This document shows, one piece after another, positions 19,609 to 29,756 of a stretch of 64,000 nt of DNA; position 1 is the first letter of the stretch, and every line of letters begins with the position of its first letter. The notes beneath the pieces are model-generated. The model saw only the letters and a list, made by a program, of their open reading frames with translations. It was not told the DNA's origin and did not search any database. Source of the DNA: a virus (lineage: Duplodnaviria; Caudoviricetes); the IMG/VR virus record IMGVR_UViG_2728369134_000004, positions 1-64,000 of that record. One strand, written 5' to 3'. The translations under genes were made by a program, and so were the position numbers.

Positions 19609-19924
19609 TCATTTCACCACGCTTCCACATGATTAATAAAGTATGATCTTGAGTTGGAATAACGGAAACAATATCATAAATCACGTTTTTGTAATTAATT
19701 TTCATATCTGCACTTACATCATCCCGATTTCTGATTTCTGTTTCTCCTTGAACCTCACTATTAGCAGCCGCTGCCTCAAAGTATTTCCTTCCTTTTAAAT
19801 AAACGAAAGAGCCCCATACAGTAAAAGCATCTTTATAGCCATCTATTGGATCACCGTCAGGCCCTTTTGCATTTTCATCTTTTACTTGAAATGTAAGCCT
19901 TTTATCTAATTTTGCAGGATTCAT
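19601..19924 (-). CDS. Head closure protein
   Basis: MNPAKLDKRLTFQ SPP1 gp16-like start. Confidence 0.85.
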   Translation of the reverse strand: MNPAKLDKRLTFQVKDENAKGPDGDPIDGYKDAFTVWGSFVYLKGRKYFEAAAANSEVQGETEIRNRDDVSADMKINYKNVIYDIVSVIPTQDHTLLIMWKRGEMNG

Positions 19925-20211
19925 TTGCTTTCCTCCTGAGGTTCTGGAGCATATTGGAGCTGTAATATCATACTCTGAACAATAGTTCTGATTTTTTCAC
20001 TGGCTTTTTCCCCTACAAGCAATCGGTTTTCATACCAATCGGCAACCAAAAATAAACAAAGCAACTTAGCATCTTCATTTGTTTGAGTAAATGTTTTGCC
20101 AGTTGCTTTGTAAATATATAATTCAGCCGCTTTAATTAACATAGTGATAGTTTGGTCATCGTCCCCATCCACTCGAATCCATTCTTTAGCTTCTTCTAAG
20201 GTAACAAGCAT
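19921..20211 (-). CDS. Head-tail connector (gp6-like)
   Basis: TLEEAKEWIRVD...WYENR. Confidence 0.9.
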   Translation of the reverse strand: MLVTLEEAKEWIRVDGDDDQTITMLIKAAELYIYKATGKTFTQTNEDAKLLCLFLVADWYENRLLVGEKASEKIRTIVQSMILQLQYAPEPQEESK

Positions 20212-20228
20212 TCAAATGCCTCCCTAAC

Positions 20229-21407
20229 TTACCCTTGAGGTTGTTCAACAGGAGCGCTTAAATCGATTTCTCCGTAAACTGCTGCTTCGTTATCCCACAT
20301 TTGTACATCATCACGTTGAATTGCACGTAAGTCTAATGTATTACGAGTGAATGCTTTACCACCTACATCTGTAGAAGCAAGTTCCATATCTTCACGTTTA
20401 AATAAAACAATAGCTTCCTTTAAATCCCCAATAATAAGTGGAGCTTTTTTATTTGTAGTTCCCTTTGTTTTTAAAAAACGATTTGAAACAACAACAACTG
20501 GATTAGTACCAGCAAATAGTTTTTTGTTTTTTTGCGTTGGGTCTGACTGTAAAATATATTTTCCGTCTTTATCTTTTAATTTATCTAAGTAATTAAACCC
20601 ATCTTGATTTGTAAGTAAAATTGCATTGGGAGAAATCGCTGGGTCTAATTTAACATTTAATACATCTTTAATATCATCCAGAGATTTGATTGCTTGCTTT
20701 GTTAACTTTTCGATTACATTCAAGATTAACACATTACGTGTAACCTTAGATTTTTTACCTAGCCAGTTAATTACATACTTTAGGATGTTTTGGTCACTAT
20801 CTTGAAGCAATGAACGAGATAACGGTAAAATACCTGCTCTGTCCTTCACTGCATATTGTACATTTGAGAATTTCGGGTTATCAGTTTCTGGAATTTCGCC
20901 CATTTCAGTGATTTCAACAAACGGAATCATTTCTGAATTTTTCTCTAATACTCTTGATCCTGAACGTGTACGCACTGGCTCAACAGTTACATATTGCTCA
21001 AGTGCATCAAATGAACGAGCTAATTCATTGATTCGTGTTTGAATATCTTGAGGGATAACCAGCCCTCCATCTTCCCCAGTTAATCCAGACATTGCGCGTT
21101 TTTCTAAATCATCCTCAAGAAACTCACGTTCTTCAGCATTTAATGGTTTATTACGTAATGCTTTCATAAATACATCTCGGTATTCCATTTCACCATCTAC
21201 ATTACGTGTTTCAACTTCTCGGCCATTGTTTCGTTCTTCCGCTTCCGATTCATCCAATGAGCGTTGTAAATCAACTTTTTTCTGAAGTGATCGCACTTCT
21301 TCCATCATTTGTTCTGCTTCTGCCACTTTATCTTCTCTCATGAGAGAGCGTACTTCTTCCTTTTTCCCTTCTAATTTAGCTAATAATTCACGTAATTCTT
21401 TTGACAT
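20229..21407 (-). CDS. Major capsid protein, HK97 family
   Basis: Delta coiled-coil N-terminus, DGGLVIPQD motif. Confidence 0.95.
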   Translation of the reverse strand: MSKELRELLAKLEGKKEEVRSLMREDKVAEAEQMMEEVRSLQKKVDLQRSLDESEAEERNNGREVETRNVDGEMEYRDVFMKALRNKPLNAEEREFLEDDLEKRAMSGLTGEDGGLVIPQDIQTRINELARSFDALEQYVTVEPVRTRSGSRVLEKNSEMIPFVEITEMGEIPETDNPKFSNVQYAVKDRAGILPLSRSLLQDSDQNILKYVINWLGKKSKVTRNVLILNVIEKLTKQAIKSLDDIKDVLNVKLDPAISPNAILLTNQDGFNYLDKLKDKDGKYILQSDPTQKNKKLFAGTNPVVVVSNRFLKTKGTTNKKAPLIIGDLKEAIVLFKREDMELASTDVGGKAFTRNTLDLRAIQRDDVQMWDNEAAVYGEIDLSAPVEQPQG

Positions 21408-21445
21408 TCAAATCACTCCTTAAATTTATCAATAAAAAAAGAGCC

Positions 21446-22075
21446 TTATATAAGCTCTAGTTCGATTTGTAATTTTCTTTTCCTAAATTCATCAGCTACT
21501 CGCTTTTCTCCAGCTTTAAACTCATCCAATGAACGTACACTTACTTCATTCGTGGGATATGCCGGAAATGCAACCGGTGATATTTCATATAGTTCGGCAT
21601 TCAAAATCGAACGCTTATAAAGCTTTCCATTTTCACGTTCTTCCGATGACCATTTGTCTTTTGTAACTTTCATCCCAAAAGAAACTCCATCAACATCTCC
21701 ACGCTTAATCAATTCCCATGCGTCATTCCCGACAGTTGTATTAGGAATATCTAATTCAAACCGTAATTCTTTCTTGTCATTTTCGATTCGTAAAGTTTTA
21801 CTTTTTGTATTTCCTAATACTTGAGATGTGTCGTGAGACCATAAACCTACAACATCACGAACTTTTAAACTTTCATCAAAAGCCCCTTCAGCAATCTCTT
21901 CTACGAAAGAATCGCCCCACCAGTCACGCATTTCAGCACTTTCATTGTTATATTTTATCGATCCAGAAATTGTTCGTTTTCCATCGTCCTCATTAACTTC
22001 ACGGACTTCAATAGTCATTGGTAAAGCTCTAATTTCCTTCATTTCCTTCTTTGCTGACTTCTCCACTAGTATCAC
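21446..22075 (-). CDS. Prohead protease, HK97 family
   Basis: LWSHD, GVSFG, EISPVAFPAY motifs. Confidence 0.93.
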   Translation of the reverse strand: MILVEKSAKKEMKEIRALPMTIEVREVNEDDGKRTISGSIKYNNESAEMRDWWGDSFVEEIAEGAFDESLKVRDVVGLWSHDTSQVLGNTKSKTLRIENDKKELRFELDIPNTTVGNDAWELIKRGDVDGVSFGMKVTKDKWSSEERENGKLYKRSILNAELYEISPVAFPAYPTNEVSVRSLDEFKAGEKRVADEFRKRKLQIELELI

Positions 22076-23327
22076 CTCCCTTCAAATACGCTTGTCCAGC
22101 CATATCAATCGGTAGCATATTCCCATTAACAAGTAAGCGATCCCCACCAACTTCTGGTGGTAAATCTTCTTTACTTCTAGCCTCGTTAGGTTTGAGGAAA
22201 CCACCTTGAATACCTGTCCTATAAGCTTCATATCTCGTTTTAATATCCGCCCGTAGAATAGCATCTACATTGAATTTCGAATAAAAGCCTTTATCCAACT
22301 CACTGTCTAAAAATAGCTTATAAGTCATTTCTTGCTCATACATCGTTAAAGTAGCTTGCAATGTATCGGTATAAAATTGTTGTTGCTGCTGCTCAATATT
22401 ATTTAAAGTCGCTTTACTCAAATCGTTTAATTGATGCATTTTAATGCCGAATGCAGTAGCGATTTGCCTAATAGTAAGCTCAGTATTTTCAAGGAATTGA
22501 GCATCTGACATATTTAAGGATATAGGCTGAAATTGGTATCCTACTGGCATTAATGCAATACGATGACTATTTTGAAGACCGCTAGACATTGATTCAAAAT
22601 TTTCTCGGAAAACCTTTTTCGCATCTTCACTTAAATCACCGACATATTGAACTAATCCCTTTACCTGTAAGCCTTGTTTGTAAAAGTTATTTATGAATTT
22701 ATCAGCTGAAGCTGAATTTTCTAATGTTGACTTTAAATATTCCATTGTAGGAACACCAACAAGACCATCAAGAGTTATTCCGTTTTTAAAGTGCAGTATC
22801 TCTTCAGACTTTAACACTCTTTGCTGTCCATTCGTATTTACTACATACCACATTTTAGTTTTGGAATTTAATAAACCGACGTCATCAATGTACACCGTCA
22901 CTTTAGAAGCATCTATCGGCCATAACGCTTGAACTTTACCTTTTCTATCAAATTCTATGTTGGCGTAGCTATTGCCATATAAATTTTTTTGAGCTTCTAA
23001 TGCCCCAAAAAAATTCATGCTAGACATATACGGGTTAGGCCTTAGTCTCAATACATTGTTGAGATAATGCTTAGTCCCGCGTTGGATTCCATATTCATCT
23101 TCCTGATAAATTTTCAATGGTAACTTTGATACAGATTCAGATAGTATCTTGGTACAAGCAAAGACTGTAGCAACTTTTAAAGCATTTTTTCCTTTAACAC
23201 TAATATCACTTGGAGAAATCCCTAACCATTCTAATAATTTCTCATCGTCTTTATTTAACTCTATTACCTGCGACGTTTGACGTTTTTCAAAATTAAAGAA
23301 CTTTTTAACTGAATCCACTATTTTCAC
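22029..23327 (-). CDS. Portal protein, HK97 family
   Basis: LRPNPYM, ILHFK, PNEARSKEDLPP motifs. Confidence 0.95.
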   Translation of the reverse strand: MKIVDSVKKFFNFEKRQTSQVIELNKDDEKLLEWLGISPSDISVKGKNALKVATVFACTKILSESVSKLPLKIYQEDEYGIQRGTKHYLNNVLRLRPNPYMSSMNFFGALEAQKNLYGNSYANIEFDRKGKVQALWPIDASKVTVYIDDVGLLNSKTKMWYVVNTNGQQRVLKSEEILHFKNGITLDGLVGVPTMEYLKSTLENSASADKFINNFYKQGLQVKGLVQYVGDLSEDAKKVFRENFESMSSGLQNSHRIALMPVGYQFQPISLNMSDAQFLENTELTIRQIATAFGIKMHQLNDLSKATLNNIEQQQQQFYTDTLQATLTMYEQEMTYKLFLDSELDKGFYSKFNVDAILRADIKTRYEAYRTGIQGGFLKPNEARSKEDLPPEVGGDRLLVNGNMLPIDMAGQAYLKGGDTSGEVSKEGNEGN

Positions 23328-23342
23328 ATGTTCACCCCCTCC

Positions 23343-25040
23343 CTAGTTCCATAACTTGCCTAGAAAGTCTTTATTCGCAAATTCAGATACATCAAACCTG
23401 ACACTTGCTCCATACATAGCCCTAGCAAACGCATTTAATACCGCTGCTGCTGGATCAATACGATTTTTACTTATTTTTTTCGAAATCATAATGTTTTCCT
23501 GATCATCCATTTTAACAACAGCATTATTAAGCGCCCAAAAAAGGACTGGGTCTCCATTATGTTTAACTTTCTTTTCGTATACTTTTTCACGAAAAGTTTT
23601 AGTCGGAATGGATAAATTAGCAATCCTTTGAGGGATTTCTACACAAACAAATCCTTTATTCTCTAAATTTTGTGCTAGATGCAACGCATTCCATTTATCA
23701 TAATCAAACTCTTGGATTTCTTTATCTTTTGAAAAGTTTTCTATCCAAGACTCGACAATTGTATAATCAACCATTTCACCGGGCGTTAAAGTCAAATATC
23801 CTTGTTCGGCCCATAAATCATACCGCACCTTATCTATAGCCATTTTTTCTTTCAAACGTGCTTCAGGCATAAAAGAATGTTGTCCAACAATAAAATCACC
23901 TTCATCATCCATTCCAACCCAACCGACACTTGTTAAATCCGTTGTCATTGATAAGTCGCCACCTATCCAAAGAGTTGCACCTGAAAAATCAAGGTTATCT
24001 ACTTCACATTTTTGCCATTTTGACATATCCATGTATCCGTTGTCCTTTTTATCGACCCAGATATTCATGTTTTTCGTTAAAAAGGCCCTCATCTTCTCAG
24101 GTCTATCAAGAGCAACTTTCAAATCTGAACGTATGCCTTCCAAACCTTCTTCATATGTTGCTACGATTGGGTTTGCTTTTATCCAATTCGACTCATCTTT
24201 GATATCATCGTTCTTTTCCAATTCGCAGATCATAACGAAATAATCATCGTTTTCTACATTTTTTGACGGGTCTAAGATATCACTGACATACTCATACTCC
24301 CTATAACAAGGTCTTGATAAGTCGAAACCAGCTGTTGTTATGATAAACATTAACGGCTCTTTCCTTGCCACCATACCAGACGATAAAACGTCATAAATTT
24401 CATCAGTTTCATGTGCGTGATATTCATCGACAATTCCAAGAGACGGGTTTTTACCATCACCAGTTTTTCTAGCTTCTTTTGAAAGTGGGACTACCACTGA
24501 ACCATTCTTAAATATTTCAATGGTACTATAAGCTTCTTTCCATTTCCCTTCTAACAATTCACTAGAACTAATCCCTGTTTTTACAGCTTCATAAACTTCA
24601 GATGATTGGTCTCTTGTCCATCCGGCAATATAAGCACGTTGTTTTTCATCTCCAAGAAATGTACAAAAAGCTGCTACAATAGCAAGAAACTGAGATTTAG
24701 CATTTTTACGCGCTAACTGAATAAAAGCCTTTCTAAATCGCCTAGCTCCATTTATTTTCTTTTTGAATCCGAATATATTAGCCGCTAGAAACAATTGAAA
24801 ATCAGTTAATTCTACGGATTCACCTGCCAAAATCCCTTCAACATGCTTAAATTCCTTTGCAAACCAGTAAAAATCCTCCGCTATCTCTCCATCAAAATAA
24901 AAAGGACTGTCTTCACTTTGACACTCCTCATAATCCCTTATAAATCGTTCGATGGCCCAACGATGTTTTTTGCAACTATTTATTTTGCCACTTAAAATAT
25001 CCTCGCAATATGCAAAAACCCGTTCCATTATCCAGTTCAT
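23343..25040 (-). CDS. Terminase large subunit
   Basis: ARKNAKS Walker A, IVDEYH, ITTAG, GGDLS, RIDPAAA. Confidence 0.95.
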   Translation of the reverse strand: MNWIMERVFAYCEDILSGKINSCKKHRWAIERFIRDYEECQSEDSPFYFDGEIAEDFYWFAKEFKHVEGILAGESVELTDFQLFLAANIFGFKKKINGARRFRKAFIQLARKNAKSQFLAIVAAFCTFLGDEKQRAYIAGWTRDQSSEVYEAVKTGISSSELLEGKWKEAYSTIEIFKNGSVVVPLSKEARKTGDGKNPSLGIVDEYHAHETDEIYDVLSSGMVARKEPLMFIITTAGFDLSRPCYREYEYVSDILDPSKNVENDDYFVMICELEKNDDIKDESNWIKANPIVATYEEGLEGIRSDLKVALDRPEKMRAFLTKNMNIWVDKKDNGYMDMSKWQKCEVDNLDFSGATLWIGGDLSMTTDLTSVGWVGMDDEGDFIVGQHSFMPEARLKEKMAIDKVRYDLWAEQGYLTLTPGEMVDYTIVESWIENFSKDKEIQEFDYDKWNALHLAQNLENKGFVCVEIPQRIANLSIPTKTFREKVYEKKVKHNGDPVLFWALNNAVVKMDDQENIMISKKISKNRIDPAAAVLNAFARAMYGASVRFDVSEFANKDFLGKLWN

Positions 25041-25522
25041 ATACGATCACCAAAACGCTTTTGCGCTTCACTTTGCTTTTGTTGTGAAGTATCTGCTTCT
25101 GGAATAACTAATTTTAAGCGGGATGTAATGGTCAAACCCAAATCACTAGCTGAAGAACGGCATTCATTAAATAAAAGATTTTTACTTCTTTGCATTTGAG
25201 AATACAATTTAAAGTCATCTGAAGCTTTTGTTTTTCTTAGAAGACGAACCATTTTTATATATTGGTCTTTAGAATCAACGTACCTTGCTAAACTGTCAAC
25301 ATCTAAGTTGCTGAAAATTTTCAGCCTGACTAATTCAGCAGCTAAAGCATCGAATTCCTTTTTTTGTGCTGCGGTCAAATAAGAAGGAGCTTCAATTTTA
25401 TCAGTATGCCCTCGTAATGCTTCTTCTTGTTTTTCTCGTCTGTTTTTCTCACTTTTTGTAATGTGATTTGATCTACCTTTTCCCTGTATAACAGAGAGTG
25501 GTTGTTTATTTCTTCCAGCCAT
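25037..25522 (-). CDS. Terminase small subunit (P27 family)
   Basis: MAGR...APSYL...LGLTITSR. Confidence 0.9.
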   Translation of the reverse strand: MAGRNKQPLSVIQGKGRSNHITKSEKNRREKQEEALRGHTDKIEAPSYLTAAQKKEFDALAAELVRLKIFSNLDVDSLARYVDSKDQYIKMVRLLRKTKASDDFKLYSQMQRSKNLLFNECRSSASDLGLTITSRLKLVIPEADTSQQKQSEAQKRFGDRI

Positions 25523-25575
25523 GATTACACCCCCTTAAAAAAATATGCAAAAACGGATTTTTCTGCGAAGTTGGG

Positions 25576-25584
25576 GGGGCGGCG
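25576..25584 (-). other. Probable cos site CGCCGCCCC
   Basis: GC-rich 9-mer between HNH and terS, matching the 3' cohesive end I recall for Gamma/Wbeta phages. Confidence 0.75.
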
Positions 25585-25622
25585 GTACGGGAAGACCGTC
25601 CTGAATGTTTTTCGACCCACCC

Positions 25623-26006
25623 CTACCCGTACTTCTTTTTGTCTTCTGCTGTTTTCCTGTTGTGACATGGATTACAAAGTGATTGTAAGTTTTCTAATTT
25701 AAGTTTTAAACTTGGATCAACTTTTATTGGAATGATATGGTCAACCATATCTGCAACTTTAATCTTTCTATTGTTCTTACAGTGTAGGCACAAACCCTTA
25801 TCTCTCATTAGTGCCTGCTCTCTTAACCTTTCCCATGCCTTTGATTTATAGAAAGCCGTGCTCTCCTTGTCTCGTTTGAATCGGTCATAGTATCTATTCT
25901 TATCCTGCTGCGTTTCCTTTTCTTTGTACCTATGTTCATCACAATACCTTTCGCGTGTGAGATTATAACAATGGAATTCGCAGCACGGTCTAAGCGGCTT
26001 CCTCAT
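25623..26006 (-). CDS. HNH endonuclease (cos-associated)
   Basis: CLHC...DHIIP...NLQSLCNPCHNRKT. Confidence 0.93.
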   Translation of the reverse strand: MRKPLRPCCEFHCYNLTRERYCDEHRYKEKETQQDKNRYYDRFKRDKESTAFYKSKAWERLREQALMRDKGLCLHCKNNRKIKVADMVDHIIPIKVDPSLKLKLENLQSLCNPCHNRKTAEDKKKYG

Positions 26007-26074
26007 CTCTCCTCACTCCTTACCTTATCTCAACAAACAAGACGCTCCATAATTTACAGTAGCGCCTACAATAA

Positions 26075-26488
26075 TCAAATTTGATTTGAACATTTTATAT
26101 CTAATTTATTCGCTTGTAATTTAATGAAGTCTGCTGTCTGTTCAATTGTGGATTGAGTAATCGATTTTATATCGAAAGATACTTCAGCCATTTCAGTTTG
26201 GACTTTAAATTTATTCATCACCTTTTCCAACTTCTCCAACGCATCTGCACATTCATTAGCAGCTTCCGTTACTTCCTTGATCCCTTCTAATGCTTTTGTT
26301 GTATCTACACTAACTTGTATTGTTAGTTCACTATTCTTATTTTGATTTACTTGCTTCTCGACTGGATTATATGGTTTCTCTATTGTCGGGCCACCACATT
26401 TAACACAGTTCATTCCTTCTAAAAAATGACCGAACATTACTGTACGACATTCGTTATCTCTACATTCCAATTGCATTTTATATTTCAT
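26075..26488 (-). CDS. Hypothetical protein with N-terminal zinc ribbon
   Basis: CRDNEC...CVKCGGP. Confidence 0.7.
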   Translation of the reverse strand: MKYKMQLECRDNECRTVMFGHFLEGMNCVKCGGPTIEKPYNPVEKQVNQNKNSELTIQVSVDTTKALEGIKEVTEAANECADALEKLEKVMNKFKVQTEMAEVSFDIKSITQSTIEQTADFIKLQANKLDIKCSNQI

Positions 26489-26519
26489 TCTTCATCCTCC
26501 TCCAAAATAAAAAGCACCA

Positions 26520-26666
26520 TCACTTGGCGCTTTCTTTTTTCTTATTCACCTGTTGCAACGTCATTGGCCCGTTGCAATGAGGACATTTCCAACCGTCACG
26601 TATCTTATGAGAAGTCTCTTCAAATCCGCAGTTTCTATCTAAGCACCAATGTTTTGTTAATGGCAT
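26520..26666 (-). CDS. 48-aa zinc-ribbon protein, not in ORF track
   Basis: MPLTKHWCLDRNC...CPHCNGPM...; GAGGTG upstream. Confidence 0.65.
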   Translation of the reverse strand: MPLTKHWCLDRNCGFEETSHKIRDGWKCPHCNGPMTLQQVNKKKESAK

Positions 26667-26686
26667 TTTCAAACTCACTTCACCTC

Positions 26687-26941
26687 TCACTTTCCCCTTT
26701 CAAACCTCTTCCTTAATCGTTTCATTTCATCTTCTATAGCAAGATTCTTTTTATTAATCCGCTCATGACACTTTGCTATATCTGCTTGATACTTACGAAT
26801 CTTATCATTCACGTACGCAGCTACATGTTCATGATTACAATGAGGACAAATAAAGAAACACTTCTCAATACGATTATGAAGTTGTGTTACTTGCGGATGC
26901 ATGTCATAACTTTTATCACACTCAGAGCAATAAACTTGCAT
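26687..26941 (-). CDS. Zinc-finger phage protein
   Basis: CSEC...CPHC plus coiled coil. Confidence 0.7.
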   Translation of the reverse strand: MQVYCSECDKSYDMHPQVTQLHNRIEKCFFICPHCNHEHVAAYVNDKIRKYQADIAKCHERINKKNLAIEDEMKRLRKRFERGK

Positions 26942-26960
26942 TCCCTTTCACCTCATTGAT

Positions 26961-27152
26961 CTATTGATTCTTACTTAATGAATCAATTAATATCTCACGT
27001 GTTAATTCAAATGACTGCTCTTCGTTAAATCCCGCTTCTTTAAATTGCGTAAAGGCAGCAAACATCATTTTAGCGGCCAAAGCAAAATCTAACATAGCGT
27101 TTCCTACTTGTTCATTTTGCATATCGTTAACGATTTTATTAAATCCGTTCAT
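26961..27152 (-). CDS. Hypothetical phage protein
   Basis: 63-aa ORF with RBS. Confidence 0.65.
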   Translation of the reverse strand: MNGFNKIVNDMQNEQVGNAMLDFALAAKMMFAAFTQFKEAGFNEEQSFELTREILIDSLSKNQ

Positions 27153-27491
27153 TCAGTTATTCTCCTTTCCATATTCTTTTTTAAATTTCTTTAATGCACG
27201 TTTGAACTTCCAGATAAAATACTTATCTTTTAACCGCACAAAAAAAGAAGGACAAAACTGTTTGTAGTTTTCTTTATCCTTCTTCAATAATTCTTCTAAT
27301 GATGTCCTAATAAGATAGTCATTTGAGTATGGCATAAAAACATGTTTATACATTTTGTAGTGGGTGAAACGTCTTGCATCTAATCCTACATCTTCCCGAA
27401 CTTTAAGATACCTGACATATATTGATTCATCTATAGGGAGTAAACCAAGAGCAACGATTTTCTTTTTTAAATCGTCATTCATAATCCTCAC
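27153..27491 (-). CDS. Hypothetical phage protein
   Basis: 112-aa ORF, translationally coupled. Confidence 0.65.
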   Translation of the reverse strand: MRIMNDDLKKKIVALGLLPIDESIYVRYLKVREDVGLDARRFTHYKMYKHVFMPYSNDYLIRTSLEELLKKDKENYKQFCPSFFVRLKDKYFIWKFKRALKKFKKEYGKENN

Positions 27492-27709
27492 TCCTTACTC
27501 TCTAAAAACTCATCAATCGCTTTCCCTAGTAAACTAATCGTCGCTTCCCTACGTTCTTTGGGAGTTGTATTATCAAAGAGCTCATTATGGATGGCAGTTG
27601 CTTGCGCCAACTTCTGGGGATCAATATGTTCATTAACTATTTTCTCACCAAGCGTTGAAACACAATATGTCATTACAGCTGCTAGTTCTTGTTTAGATAA
27701 CTTCTTCAA
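27488..27709 (-). CDS. Hypothetical phage protein
   Basis: 73-aa ORF with RBS. Confidence 0.65.
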   Translation of the reverse strand: MKKLSKQELAAVMTYCVSTLGEKIVNEHIDPQKLAQATAIHNELFDNTTPKERREATISLLGKAIDEFLESKE

Positions 27710-27715
27710 TTCTAA

Positions 27716-27939
27716 TCACTCCTGTATCTTTTTCATTGTTTCTTCTGCTACCAATTCCATCACACCGTTATCGATTTTCTTTACTAAGTACTCGCCTTGT
27801 ATCCTAAATGTGGATACACCACTTTTACTTTATCGCCTTTTTGTATAGTAGTTTGACCTAGCGCATCTGCCTTCGTTTCTACCTGACGCACTTTCTGTTC
27901 TAGATATTCTAATCGCATTGACAACTCTTGAATGTCCAT
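27716..27939 (-). pseudogene. Probable frameshifted small phage gene
   Basis: MDIQELS...VYPHLG, then IQGEYL...KIQE* in another frame; span is 224 nt. Confidence 0.5.
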
Positions 27940-27971
27940 AGTTCATTTTCCTCCAAAATAAAAAGCACCTA

Positions 27972-28718
27972 TTACGAGTGCTTTAATGATTCGATATGTT
28001 TATTAACACGTTCATTCCCTAACTTCCAATACTCTTCATCCATTTCAAATCCAATGTAATTACGATTTGTATTGATACATGCTATAGCAGTCGTGAATGA
28101 CCCCATACAGTTATCTAAAACGATTTCGCCTTCTTTTGTATACGTCTTAATCAAGTACTCAAATAAAGCTACAGGCTTTTGTGTTGGATGAAATGTCTTG
28201 CTATCACGCGGAAAATCAATCACAGATTTTGGATAATTAGTGTATTTTTTAACATGTACTTTATTTAATGATTCATTGTTTCTTTTACCGAGTATCTTCA
28301 TTCTACGTATTTCTTTCTTTTGAATCGGTTTATCTAATAAAATTAAATCTTGCGGATAATATTTAGGCAGTTTTTTGTAGAATACTAATATGTTTTCATG
28401 ATTTTTGAGCGGCATTCTGTTTGCATTCGGAAAACCTGTTGTATGATTTCCCTTCTTCCAGATCCACTCATAACGAAACAATTTAATATTTGAGGCAATC
28501 AACTTAGTAGTGAAAGGTTGGCTTGCTGTTAAAAGGATGGCCCCATTATCTTTTATAATTCTTTCGTATTGTTCCCATAGCAAATCGAACGGAATAATAT
28601 TGTCCCATTTACATGCAGTAGTTCCATAAGGTAAATCACAAAGAATCATATCGATGGATTTATCTTCAATCATTTTCATACCTTCTAAACAATCCATATT
28701 AAGTACTTGATTCAGCAT
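27972..28718 (-). CDS. Orphan N4/N6 DNA methyltransferase (beta class)
   Basis: DLPY catalytic motif, HPTQKP, LDNCMGSFTT SAM-binding motif. Confidence 0.9.
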   Translation of the reverse strand: MLNQVLNMDCLEGMKMIEDKSIDMILCDLPYGTTACKWDNIIPFDLLWEQYERIIKDNGAILLTASQPFTTKLIASNIKLFRYEWIWKKGNHTTGFPNANRMPLKNHENILVFYKKLPKYYPQDLILLDKPIQKKEIRRMKILGKRNNESLNKVHVKKYTNYPKSVIDFPRDSKTFHPTQKPVALFEYLIKTYTKEGEIVLDNCMGSFTTAIACINTNRNYIGFEMDEEYWKLGNERVNKHIESLKHS

Positions 28719-28912
28719 ATGTTATCCCATCCATTTCTACAATTAGAGTATGTTGAACGTTGTTAATATCCTAAATTATTCTGGTATGCAACTTTTGAAA
28801 TCCATAAACTACAAAAAAAGAGCAACCGTGCACCAGTTGCCCTTCTGCTAAAATTGTATGCTATCAATATAAATCATTTTTTCAACCGTTTCGATTCATT
28901 TTAGGAGTGAAC

Positions 28913-29320
28913 CTAAATGATACCTTCACGCTCCACGAACTTAATCAGTCGAACAAGTTCAGCATGTTTCTTTTTGATATGACTAGAACTATAATTTACT
29001 ACCTCTGCTATTTCTTCTAACGTCATACCATCCACATATTTCAATTTGAGTATCTGATTTTCTAATCCTCTAAACTTACTAATTAACTTTTTTAATTTAT
29101 ACATATCGTTCATCTTATGTGCTAATTCATATTCAATCGCTTCAATACGGTTTTCAACTTTTGCACCTTCAGATTCTGCCGTTAAACGTACTTCTCTCAA
29201 ATCACCACTAACCCAGCGTCTTAATTCGGCTTTTGTTTTATCTAAGTTGTATTCCAGATAGGCTATGTCTTCTTCTAACTTTTGGTAATCTCTCAGCCAG
29301 TTAAACAAATGATGATTCAC
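28913..29320 (-). CDS. Late transcription activator (RinA/ArpU/sigma-70 region 4-like)
   Basis: LKYVDGMTLEEIAEVVNYSSSHI HTH; last early gene. Confidence 0.8.
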   Translation of the reverse strand: MNHHLFNWLRDYQKLEEDIAYLEYNLDKTKAELRRWVSGDLREVRLTAESEGAKVENRIEAIEYELAHKMNDMYKLKKLISKFRGLENQILKLKYVDGMTLEEIAEVVNYSSSHIKKKHAELVRLIKFVEREGII

Positions 29321-29480
29321 CTACTTTCATATTTCCAGATCAACAACCACATTTCCGATTGTCGATAGGTGTCAAAATGTCTTGTTGTTTATTCTTACAA
29401 CTTGTACATTTGTTTTGCTATAATGGATTTACATTGCCATCTGGAAAAGTGACTTGCCCCATCGAGTTGCTTTTCCTTTT

Positions 29481-29603
29481 TTATTTTATGATTCCTGATT
29501 TCACAAAAATATTTCTCCAAGCTGCAGCAGTCCGTTCTTTATCAATTTCCTTTTGACGATTCAAAATTGCTCTTTTTACATGTTTTTTCTTTCCAGTTCT
29601 CAT
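29481..29603 (-). CDS. 40-aa basic peptide (DUF3983-like), not in ORF track
   Basis: MRTGKKKH...AAAWRNIFVKSGIIK*, RBS GGGAG. Confidence 0.7.
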   Translation of the reverse strand: MRTGKKKHVKRAILNRQKEIDKERTAAAWRNIFVKSGIIK

Positions 29604-29756
29604 TTTTTATACTCCCTTTCTTAATAAATTCATTCTAATTTCCGCACAACACGTATAACAGGTTTGTACGCTCGAATAAGAGCTTTTTTATTAATAAGGT
29701 CTTATGATATTCAGTAGGTTGTTATCGTCTCACAATGAGCAATCTGAGGAGTTAAC

